Shown here one piece after another: positions 1 through 9,200 of a stretch of DNA of 64,000 nt. A program made the position numbers and the translations under genes. The stretch comes from Elusimicrobia bacterium UBA6262. Its GTDB lineage: Bacteria; CAYTYR01; UBA6262. The notes beneath the pieces were generated by a model, which was not told the DNA's origin, did not search any database, and saw nothing but the letters and a program-made list of their open reading frames with translations. The stretch's first letter is position 1, and every line of letters starts with the position of its first letter. Where the stretch lies: assembly GCA_002441095.1 (NCBI GenBank), contig DJVG01000043.1:2254-66253 (forward strand), written 5' to 3'.

Positions 1-103
1 TCCGGGGAGGAGTCTTACATTTCAGCAGCTGGGTAAAGAGTTTATTCATTTCATAGGACAGCACACTGAAATTAGTGAACAGGTCTTCCTTAGAACTGCT
101 CAT
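1..103 (-). CDS. 5'-partial hypothetical protein (N-terminus MSSSKEDLFTNFSVLSYEMNKLFTQLLKCKTPP...; continues beyond window start)
   Basis: ATG at 101-103 (revcomp of 'cat') overlaps the TGA stop of the upstream gene (ATGA overlap, positions 100-103); open frame runs to position 1; too short for ORF track. Confidence 0.3.
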   Translation of the reverse strand, partial: MSSSKEDLFTNFSVLSYEMNKLFTQLLKCKTPPR

Positions 104-1392
104 TTTTTCTTCTCCTGCTCCGTTCCCTTTATTTCTTTCTGCATTTTCTTACCGGTAAACATTTGCTGGATCACCTCATAAGCCAAGCGCGGTTTACGCA
201 TATTAAGCCCGTTAACCAAGGCTTGGTCCTGGGCTACCAGTCCCCACCATTCTTCGTTCATGTTCAGATTATTTTCCGCTTTTATATCCTTCCAATAGGC
301 CCCGTTCGACCAGCAAGCATCAGTATCCTGCTCGCTCAAACTGCCGCCTGCGCGCTTCCACCATTCATCGCACCATTCAAAGAGAAACCCGCCCAGGGAA
401 TTGCCGAAACCCAATCCACCCATGGCATTTTCCGCAATTTCTTTCCACTGGCTCTTGATGAAATCAGCCTGGATCTGCTGGTCCTCGCGTTTTTTGTACG
501 CATCATAGGCGTCACAGCCAAATTCCAGCAGCAGCACTGGTTTTTTCCATTCCCGGTCCACTTCCCGCCAGAAATTACCGAAACTTTTGCCGCGGTAACA
601 AACCGAACCAAGCACGTCGATATGGGAATTATAGCGTGCCGCCATGGAGATCGAAGCCAGGTCCCCATTACCCAGCACCACCGGATGATCCGGATCAAGT
701 TGTTTGATCTTGCCGGCCAGTTTATTAACAAACGAATAATATATTTTAGCCTGGGCCATTTTCTTTTTATAAGGGTCTTTGATCTTTTCCAGCCCGGGGC
801 TGGTCCAGTAATTAATTTTCTGCGGCGCAAAGGAATAATTATTCTCATTACCCAGGACCCACATCAGGATCCCTGGTGTATCTTTATAAGCCTTGACCAT
901 ATCCAGGACTTCTTTAGTCACTAATTCCTGGAACCTGGGATTGGCATAATCCGCCTGCCACCAATCCAGCCAGTGGCCCATGACACTGCTGATCTCAAAG
1001 TTCTTATACAGGTCAGTGATCACTCTTTTCGTCTGGTAAATATTTTCGCCAGGCTGGTAAAAACGGACCGTATTAATGCCTGCTTCTTTCATCATCTGCC
1101 CGTCCAGCAGCCAGGGCCGGTTCGGGTCACCGCAAAAATTATAATCAGCATCGCCGCCGATCGGAACCGGGTGGTAGCAGACCCCGCGGATAAAATACAG
1201 TTGCCCGTTAACCAGCAATTGATACTGGCCCATCACATTTTTTACTATCTCCACTTTGGCCCGCGCCCAGGCCGACGCAGCGTTGAAAATGATCAGCATC
1301 GATAAACAATAAAAACAAATTATTCGTTTCACCCCGTTAGACCCTCTTTGTGCCTCGCTTCTCCCTTTGTGCCTGGTACTATTTCGTCTCAT
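100..1392 (-). CDS. secreted TIM-barrel glycoside hydrolase (GH5/GH2/GH42-like fold; family not resolvable by eye)
   Basis: 430-aa ORF; internal hydrophobic signal-like segment MLIIFNAASAWARA (true start may be the Met at ~1299); motifs GINTVRFY and VLGNENN typical of clan GH-A catalytic acid region. Confidence 0.5.
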   Translation of the reverse strand: MRRNSTRHKGRSEAQRGSNGVKRIICFYCLSMLIIFNAASAWARAKVEIVKNVMGQYQLLVNGQLYFIRGVCYHPVPIGGDADYNFCGDPNRPWLLDGQMMKEAGINTVRFYQPGENIYQTKRVITDLYKNFEISSVMGHWLDWWQADYANPRFQELVTKEVLDMVKAYKDTPGILMWVLGNENNYSFAPQKINYWTSPGLEKIKDPYKKKMAQAKIYYSFVNKLAGKIKQLDPDHPVVLGNGDLASISMAARYNSHIDVLGSVCYRGKSFGNFWREVDREWKKPVLLLEFGCDAYDAYKKREDQQIQADFIKSQWKEIAENAMGGLGFGNSLGGFLFEWCDEWWKRAGGSLSEQDTDACWSNGAYWKDIKAENNLNMNEEWWGLVAQDQALVNGLNMRKPRLAYEVIQQMFTGKKMQKEIKGTEQEKKK

Positions 1393-1415
1393 TTTACCCC
1401 CGGGAAACAGTTGAA

Positions 1416-1781
1416 TTATGATAAATATTTCTTCACTTCTGCCAGCAGGACTTCAGGCCGGAACGGTTTAATTACATAACTATTGGCCTTGGCTTTTTTA
1501 GCTTCGATCATAGCTTCCTTCTGGCTTTTCGCGCTCAATATTATTATCGGGATCTGACCGAGAGACGGATCATTTTTTATGCGGATACAAACCTGCAGAC
1601 CGTCTATTTTTGGCATCATTATATCCAGGATCAGCAAATCCGGCTTTTCCATGGCGGCCTTGGCTAAAGCTTCTTCCCCGTCAGCCGCGGTCATTACTTC
1701 ATAGCCACTGGCTTCTAAGCGCGATTTCACCAGCATTAGTAATTTTGGCTCATCATCAACCAATAATATTTTATTCCCCAC
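1416..1781 (-). CDS. single-domain response regulator (CheY-like receiver)
   Basis: ILLVDDEP...LLILDIMMP...ILSAK receiver motifs; the track ORF extends to 1904 but overlaps the upstream RR; GTG at 1779-1781 preceded by GGGAG gives a non-overlapping start (VGNKILLVDDE). Confidence 0.7.
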   Translation of the reverse strand: MGNKILLVDDEPKLLMLVKSRLEASGYEVMTAADGEEALAKAAMEKPDLLILDIMMPKIDGLQVCIRIKNDPSLGQIPIIILSAKSQKEAMIEAKKAKANSYVIKPFRPEVLLAEVKKYLS

Positions 1782-1804
1782 ACTTAACTCCCGGCTAAAT
1801 GATC

Positions 1805-2188
1805 CTATAGTTCGTTCTTCTTGCTTAGTTCTTTGACCATGCCCAGCAGTACTTCCGGTGAAAAAGGCTTCATGATCACATAATCCACCCCTAAAGACCG
1901 GCATTGTTCTTCCAGTTCCCGGACATTAGACGCAGTGAAAATAATGATCGGGATCTTGGCAAATTCAGGATCTGCTTTTAATTGTTTGGCTACTTCATAC
2001 CCATTGAGATCAGGCATGACAATATCCAACAGGATCAGGTCAGGCTTTTCCTCTTTTACCTTTTCCAGGGCCTGTACACCGCCATAAGCAGTGGCTACGC
2101 TGAAACCATTGGCTTCCAGCCTGGATTTTAAGAGGATCCGCACATGAGGTTCGTCATCCACTACCAGTATTTTTTTATTAGTGCTCAT
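1805..2188 (-). CDS. single-domain response regulator (CheY-like receiver)
   Basis: MSTNKKILVVDDEPHVR...DLILLDIVMP...FTAS...KP receiver signature; 4-nt ATGA overlap with upstream kinase gene. Confidence 0.85.
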   Translation of the reverse strand: MSTNKKILVVDDEPHVRILLKSRLEANGFSVATAYGGVQALEKVKEEKPDLILLDIVMPDLNGYEVAKQLKADPEFAKIPIIIFTASNVRELEEQCRSLGVDYVIMKPFSPEVLLGMVKELSKKNEL

Positions 2189-5100
2189 TTTGCCTCCTCT
2201 AATTTGCTCTTGGCCAACCGCAGCAGTTCTTCAGACTCATGGCCATCTTCAGGATATATGGCTATCGCCTGCGACAGGCTATCAACGGGAACTTGTTTTT
2301 TCCGGCAGTTCTCGATAATGCGCTGGCACAGGGAATTAGCTCCTGGCCGGGCAGACCTGACCAGGACGACAAGCAAGGTGCGCTCTTCAAACCGCACTAC
2401 CATGTCGTCTGCTCTCCTGACACTATATCTGGCTGCTGCTTCGACCCCATCAAGTATAGACATGGCCTGCAGAGCACCCTGGACCGGCTTGATCAAGATC
2501 AAAGCCAGGGACTCATACTCTTTCTTAGCTTTATCCAGCTGGTCCCTTAAGAGCTCATGGAAAACCGCATCAGCTGATAATTTCGGCAGGGTAAAAATAA
2601 ATTTACTGCCTTTTTCCAGTTCGCTCTCCACGCGGATAGTGCCGCCATGCATTTCCACCAGGCTCTTGCTGATCGACAAGCCCAGGCCTGTCCCGCGATA
2701 GCCCGGCCCTGCTGTCCGGTTGATCTGTTCGAACCGGTCAAATATTTTATGGAAGTTTTCAGCAGCGATCCCCCGGCCATGGTCCTCCACTGTTATTTCG
2801 ATCTCCGGGCCTTTGTCTACCAGGTAAACTTCCACTTTCCCTTTATCCTGCGAGAACTTGATAGCATTATCTATTAAATTACTGAGCACCTGTTTTATCC
2901 GGTCCTCATCAAGAAACAAAGAAAAGCCAGGCAGGCCCAGATGCATTTCCAAGGTGATCTGACGCTCCCGGCCCCTTATTTCCAGGTTGTTAACCACCGA
3001 CCTGATCACCGGTACTATATCATGTTCTGTCTTATTCAAAGTAACCTTGCCTGCCTCGATCTTGGAGACATCCAGCAGATCATTAATGATCCGGGTCAGG
3101 CGGTCAATTTCTTCCGTGGCAATATGCAGGAATTCTTTTTGGTCCGGGTTGAGCTCGCCTTTGATGCCTTCCAGGACCTGGGAAATAGATTCACGGATAC
3201 AGGTGATCGGGGTCCTCAATTCATGCGAAACAGTGGAAATAAATTCGCTTTTCAACCGTGCCGCTTCTTTCTCCCTGGTCACATCCCGGAAAGCCAGGGC
3301 CAATCCGATCATCTCATTCTCTGCCTTAAAAACAGGGGCAATATCAAAATGCAGGATCCGGCTGGGATTCTCACCTAATTTCACTTCTTTTTTGACAACC
3401 TTGCTTTTTTCCCATGATTCCACCAGGCTCAAGTCCAGCCCTACGCTAGTCAACATTTCCAGCACTTTGGCGTAATCTTTCTCATCCTTCTGGTATCCCA
3501 GCAAGTGCAGAGCCATATCATTGCTTACTGCGACCTGGCCGTTTTTATCCAGCATGATCACGCCTTCGTTCAACGATTCAACAAGAACCGAGATCTTTTC
3601 ATTCCACTCCTGGAGTTTGCCCTGCATGACTTGCATTTCCTGCCTGTTTTCCTCAAAATCTTCCAGCAAAGAAAGCATTACTTCCCTTGATTCTTTGGCT
3701 TCCTGCAACGCCTGCTCCAGATTCCTGGTTCTTTCCCGGATCTTATCTTCCAGAGTTACGCTGTAATGCTCCAGTGCATTCTTGGAATTATTAAGTTCTT
3801 CGATCATCTGCAGGTTTTCCCGCAAATCAGTCCCCACCAGGATCATGCCGTCAATTTCATTTTTCTTGTCCCGGACCATAGTGCAGGAAAGGCTGACCGG
3901 GATAGGGACCAGGGTCTTGGTGCGGTATTTCACGACCACATTACGGGTCGGATGCTTCTTAGTTTTAGCTATCAGATCAGCCAGTATCTCAACGCTATCC
4001 CCTTCCTGGAATAAAATTTCTACACTCTTATTATGGAGCTCTTCCCAGGTATAGCCAAGCAAGTTTAGCGTCACCTTGTTTACTTCCCGGATGGTCCCGT
4101 CATTATGCAATACCACTAATGAATCGCTCATACTGTTAATAATGTTCTCAAAAAATAGTTTCCGGTCAGTGATCTCCTGGTACGCAGTTTTCAGATCCGT
4201 GATCATCCAGTTAAAAGACTGGGCCAACTGTTCTATCTCATCACCAGTTTTGATATTAGACCGGACATTCAAGTCTCCGGTAGATACTTTTTGCATCGCT
4301 TTCTGCAATGAGGAAACGGAATCCACGATCCGCCGGCTGAAAAATATATTAAAAGGTATCAGGATCAGTAATAAGGCCGCAGCCAGGGCAAACTGCCGGG
4401 CGAACATCTGCCTGATCGGGGCAAAAGCTACTGCCGTTTCCTGGGATAGACAAACTATCCATTGCAGATCATTGTCCTGCAATATCTCATTTTTAACTAC
4501 GGCAACGGTAATGATTGCGCTATGATTATTAATATCCGAACCAATGATCCAGGGATTTTTACCTGAGACGATCAGCTCTTTTATATCCTGGCTGAATTTC
4601 AGGCCGGGCAGCTGCCTATGCAAATCCCTGATCAGGATATTGCCATCCTGGTCAGTCAAGACGGCAGTGCTCCCGGGGATATTGTTGAGCATTTCCATTT
4701 CTTCTAATTCATTCTTTATATTATACACTCCCTTGAGCACCCCGATAACATTATCAGCGGGCCCCACAATAGGAATGCAAAGCGGGATGGACCAGGCCTG
4801 GCTTGATTCATCAAATTCAATTTGACCTATATAAGGTTTCTCTTTGGTATAACTAATAGCTTTTTGCCACCATGTTTCATCAGCCTGGTAAAAGTCTGTT
4901 GTTTTTCCAGAGGCAGCCACCAATCCACCAAAGCGGTCGCTGATAAAAACCTCACCGATTTTTCCCATAATAGTATCATATCTTCGCAATTGGGCGGCGG
5001 CAGGAATATCTGTGTATTTTTTAACTAGCGGGGATTCCTGAGTAGCTGCCCGCCATTGCTGGTCCATGGTATCGAAATAGGCCTGCCGATCCGGGATAGT

Positions 5101-5364
5101 GCCGTACGAGGTATTAGCCTGCTGCAGCAAGGCTATAAAATTGGAGTTCTGGGCAACTTCTGTTAATATTGCTACTTCTTCCTTGATCTTCTTGGCTAGA
5201 TTACTGGCAATGACCTGTGCCCGGCCCTGTAAATTTTCAGTAATAGTTTGCTTACGGATAGTAGAAATAGAGTAATAGCTATAAAGACTGACGCCGACCA
5301 GGACCAGGCAAGTCAGAATTAAATTATTTACCAGTATTTTTTCCCTGAGACTGATCATTCTCAT
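2185..5364 (-). CDS. sensor histidine kinase with N-terminal TM + periplasmic Cache-like region, HAMP, PAS, HisKA (SHELRTPI) and HATPase_c (GTGLGLSISK) plus ~150-aa uncharacterised C-terminal domain
   Basis: 1059 aa; H-box FISTVSHELRTPITCI, N/G boxes DNAIKFS, DHGRGI, GTGLGLSI; two TM segments flanking ~280-aa extracytoplasmic region. Confidence 0.85.
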   Translation of the reverse strand: MRMISLREKILVNNLILTCLVLVGVSLYSYYSISTIRKQTITENLQGRAQVIASNLAKKIKEEVAILTEVAQNSNFIALLQQANTSYGTIPDRQAYFDTMDQQWRAATQESPLVKKYTDIPAAAQLRRYDTIMGKIGEVFISDRFGGLVAASGKTTDFYQADETWWQKAISYTKEKPYIGQIEFDESSQAWSIPLCIPIVGPADNVIGVLKGVYNIKNELEEMEMLNNIPGSTAVLTDQDGNILIRDLHRQLPGLKFSQDIKELIVSGKNPWIIGSDINNHSAIITVAVVKNEILQDNDLQWIVCLSQETAVAFAPIRQMFARQFALAAALLLILIPFNIFFSRRIVDSVSSLQKAMQKVSTGDLNVRSNIKTGDEIEQLAQSFNWMITDLKTAYQEITDRKLFFENIINSMSDSLVVLHNDGTIREVNKVTLNLLGYTWEELHNKSVEILFQEGDSVEILADLIAKTKKHPTRNVVVKYRTKTLVPIPVSLSCTMVRDKKNEIDGMILVGTDLRENLQMIEELNNSKNALEHYSVTLEDKIRERTRNLEQALQEAKESREVMLSLLEDFEENRQEMQVMQGKLQEWNEKISVLVESLNEGVIMLDKNGQVAVSNDMALHLLGYQKDEKDYAKVLEMLTSVGLDLSLVESWEKSKVVKKEVKLGENPSRILHFDIAPVFKAENEMIGLALAFRDVTREKEAARLKSEFISTVSHELRTPITCIRESISQVLEGIKGELNPDQKEFLHIATEEIDRLTRIINDLLDVSKIEAGKVTLNKTEHDIVPVIRSVVNNLEIRGRERQITLEMHLGLPGFSLFLDEDRIKQVLSNLIDNAIKFSQDKGKVEVYLVDKGPEIEITVEDHGRGIAAENFHKIFDRFEQINRTAGPGYRGTGLGLSISKSLVEMHGGTIRVESELEKGSKFIFTLPKLSADAVFHELLRDQLDKAKKEYESLALILIKPVQGALQAMSILDGVEAAARYSVRRADDMVVRFEERTLLVVLVRSARPGANSLCQRIIENCRKKQVPVDSLSQAIAIYPEDGHESEELLRLAKSKLEEAK

Positions 5365-6209
5365 ACAGTTTGGGTACCTTTGTTTTTAGCTAATTCCTCT
5401 TTCAGCTTATCAACCTGCTCTTTCAGCTCAATGACCCGTTTTTCCCGGTCCATAGTAACCCTGTGCAATAACTGCATTTCCTCTATTTTCTGGCTCAATT
5501 CTTTCCTGGACTTATCCAACTCCTCAATAATTTTCCCGGTCTTGGCAAACTCCCTGACCGCGCTGATAGTCCCGACAACCCGGCCTTTCTTGTCTTTCAC
5601 TGCCACTATATCAGCCAGCACCTGTCTTCCGGCGGGGTTGTGAAAGGATACTTCATTGATCATCCCCTGTATAAATACCTTTTCAAACTCGTGGGCAAAG
5701 ACCGGCCAGTCATCCAACGAGACGACATTCTTGATATCCTTGTGTAATATATTTTCCTGGTTTAAGCCGGTTTGCTCTAAGATCCGCTGGTTGCAAAACA
5801 AGATCTTCCCTTTAGCATCGGTCCGGATAATTCCTTCGGGTATCGTTTGCAGTAGGACATCAAGATCCTGCCTCTGTTGTTCAAGTTCATCATTAGTTGA
5901 CCGCAACTCCTCGTCTGTCGCCTGTAATTCCTGGTTAGTCGCCTGCAATTCCTGCCTGGCCGCCTCTGCTTTCAGGTGGGTGTTACGCAATTCCCGGATC
6001 AGCTCCTGATAATGCCGGGTGATCAGGCGTTGGAGAATGAGCAGTGAAATAAAAGCAACTAAAGTCACAAAAATAATAGTCACTATATGCGAAAGCCATA
6101 AATTGTCAATAACAAATACTTCAGTTTTTAAAAATTCAAAAACCACGGTTAATATAAATACAATCAGCGTATATGGCAGCACCAGCTGCCTGATCTTATT
6201 ATTGTCCAT
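5361..6209 (-). CDS. membrane-anchored PAS-domain protein with coiled-coil segments (QELQATNQELQATDEELRSTNDELE)
   Basis: 282 aa; two N-terminal TM helices, heptad-like ELQ repeats, PAS-like block, C-terminal TMDREKRVIELKEQVDKLKEEL motif shared with upstream 1300-aa protein. Confidence 0.55.
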   Translation of the reverse strand: MDNNKIRQLVLPYTLIVFILTVVFEFLKTEVFVIDNLWLSHIVTIIFVTLVAFISLLILQRLITRHYQELIRELRNTHLKAEAARQELQATNQELQATDEELRSTNDELEQQRQDLDVLLQTIPEGIIRTDAKGKILFCNQRILEQTGLNQENILHKDIKNVVSLDDWPVFAHEFEKVFIQGMINEVSFHNPAGRQVLADIVAVKDKKGRVVGTISAVREFAKTGKIIEELDKSRKELSQKIEEMQLLHRVTMDREKRVIELKEQVDKLKEELAKNKGTQTV

Positions 6210-9200
6210 GTGCGTTTTGCTCCAGGTCTTTCAGCTTTTTCTTCAGCTCGATGATCCGTTTTTCGCGTTCCATAGTCACCTTGTTGAACCGGTCCAGTTC
6301 ATTTATCCGCTTTTTTAACTCTTCCTCCGCCCGCTTGCGTTCGGTGATATCCTGGTTCACTCCATAAGTATTGACTGTTCTTCCTTGCTGGTCTTTGATA
6401 ATAAAATAACGAACGGAAATATAGCCAACCTCTCCATGAGAGTCAATTATACGGTGCTCTAGCTGGTGGCTAAAATTAGAATCAGTGGCTTCAATGGCTC
6501 GTCGGGTTTCCAAGCTGACCACTTCAGCATCTTCGGGATGAACAAAACGCTTTACATAATCAGCAGATGACATAGTATAGCCGCCAGCCTGCTCGGCAGT
6601 CGTGTGGAAGATAGCGTAAAAAGAATCCGTGAAGGTAAATACATCGTTTACCACATCATATTCCCAGGGTCCCAGGCGCGCCATATACGCAGCATTTAAT
6701 AACTGGGCTTCGCTCACCCGTAACGCTGCCTCAGCCTGTCTGCGCTCAGTAATATCTACGGCAAAGCCGACAATCCCAATGATCTCTCCCTTTTCATTTC
6801 TATAGGGTATTTTATCGGTCTGGACCCATTTCAGCCCTTCTTGCGTCTGCATTGATTCTACGATGTTTAGTCTTGGTTGTCCTGAATCCATCACTGCCTT
6901 ATCATCCTGCCAGTATTTCTCCGCCTCTTCTTTAGGATAAATATCAAACACCGACTTCCCTTCCAGCTGCTCTTTGGTCAAGCCCATACTTTTAGCCATA
7001 GCCTTGTTGACACGGATGAAATTATTATTCTTATCCTTATAAAAGATCATTGCTGGCGTAGAATCCAGGATAGTACTTAGTTCCTGCTGTTGTTGTAGCA
7101 GAGTCTCTTCGTATTTTTTTCGCTCAGTGATATCCTGATTAACGCCATAAGTTTTGATCGTCTTTCCTTGCTGGTCTTTGACAATAAAAAAACGCACCGA
7201 AATATAACCAATTTCCCCATTAGCATCAATTTTACGGTGCTCCAGCTGACGGCTAAAATTAGAATCAGTTGTTTCAATGGCTTTGCGAGTTTCTTCACCG
7301 ACCACCGCTGCATCTTCTGGATGGACAAAACGCTTTACGTAATCTGCCGCCGACATAGTATAGCCGCCGACTTGCTCGGCTGTTGTGTGAAAAACAGTGT
7401 AAAAAGAATCAGTAAAAGTAAAAATATCTTTCACCACATCATATTCCCAGGGTCCCAAGTGCGCAATATTCAAAGCATTGGATAGCTGATCTTCATTCTG
7501 CTGGAGTGCTACTTCGGCTTTTTTACGTTCGGAAATATCGTGGGAAAATACGAACATTTGATCTGAATCCCTGAGAATCGTTACGCTAATCACAATATCG
7601 ATAATAGTTCCGTCTTTGCATTTATGTTTAGTTTCAAAGCGGTCACTGCCATTTTCCATAATTTTATGAATACGGGCTTGTATCTCTGCTGGTTTCTCGT
7701 TTACTTCCAAGTCAGCGATTTTCATTTTTTGCAATTCTACCCGGCTATAACCGATCATTTTACAATAAGAATCATTTACTTCAATGATATTGCCTTGCAT
7801 ATCCGTCAGCCAGAAACCGTCTATAGAGGTCTCAATTATAGCTTTATATTTCTGTTCCTGTTTCTGGCATTCGGTAATATCAGTAACCACCCCGATCAGT
7901 CCGGCGATTGTGCCGTCAGGATTATTATAAGTGGCTTTATTAAAGATGACTAAACGACGGGTACCGTCTGCCTGTTGAATACTGGATTCATAGGCTTGGG
8001 TTCCGGGATGGCTTAGTAATTCCTCGTCTTTCTGGTGGTAGACATCAGCTAGATCCTTAGGCGCGAGTTCATAGACAGATTTACCAATGATTTTTTCCTT
8101 TGCTCTTCCCAAGAAACGCTCAAAAGCCTGGTTACACCCTTGATAGATCCCTTGCGCGTCTTTGTAGAATACCGGATTAGGAATAGCTTCAAGCAATTGC
8201 TGGATAAATGCCAATTGGTTTGTCATTGCGGTTTTGGCTTTTTCTATATCAGTGACATCTTCTACGATACCGATAAAACCGGTAGGCTGGTTTTGGGCAG
8301 AGACTATCATTTTGATCTGCGTATGCACCCAACGAGTCTCATTCTGCTTATTGAGGATCCTAAACTTCAAGGATTCTTCTTTGCCTTGGGGCAGCGGTCC
8401 GGTAATGATATTCAAGGCCTCTTCCTGCTCTTCAGGATGGATCAGCTTTCTCCAGCCTTGTCCCAGACATTCATCAAAAGTCATTCCGGAAAATGAAATA
8501 AGTTTTTTATTTACATAAACAACTTCCCCTTGCATATTTAAAAAGAAAATGCCAACTGGAGCCAGATCACTTAAATTACGGAATTTTGCTTCACTCTCGT
8601 GCAAGACATTTTCTATTTTTTTGCGCTCGGTGATATCCCGGGCAAAACTTAAAATAAATTTTTCCCCGGCAAGCTCAACTATGCTGCTATTGATCTCTAC
8701 CGGGATAAGCTGCCCTTCCTTGGTCATATGTTCTGATTCAAAAAGGGCCTTGCCTTCTTTTAAGATTTTAGCCATTCTTTCCGGTACTAAAGCCGCATTT
8801 TGAGGAGAATCTATTTTTGTTGGTCCCAAGGTTAAAAGTTCGGTGCGGGTATAATGCAGCATTTGGCAAGCGCTCTGGTTAATATCTATAAACTGGGGAT
8901 TAACAGGATCCAAAGTAAGGAGATATATGGCTTCAGATGAACCTTCGATCAGGGAGCGGGATTTCTGCTCTGACTGCACCAGCCTCTGCCGCGCTTTTTC
9001 TTCCTCTGTCACATCACGGAAAATAGCCGCGACTTTATCGCCTACCGGATAAATAACATTATGCATATACTGGTCGTGTTGCGCGTCCTGGTAATGAACC
9101 AGCGGAATGATCTTTGACTCCCCTGACTGGGAACATTCCACGATAGCTTTATAGACCTCGGTTTTTTCCATTGCCGGGAAAAACTTTTTAATATCCTGGC

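Noticed and set aside
163-924. 253-aa plus-strand ORF and 170-aa minus-strand ORF (336-848) inside the glycoside hydrolase gene
   Set aside because: Both are antisense or out-of-frame overlaps of a well-supported 430-aa gene. They have low-complexity composition and no recognisable motifs.
2185-2700. Possible C-terminal receiver domain on the histidine kinase (hybrid kinase)
   Set aside because: The C-terminal ~150 aa lack the DD…D…T…K receiver signature. The feature is therefore described only as an uncharacterised C-terminal domain.
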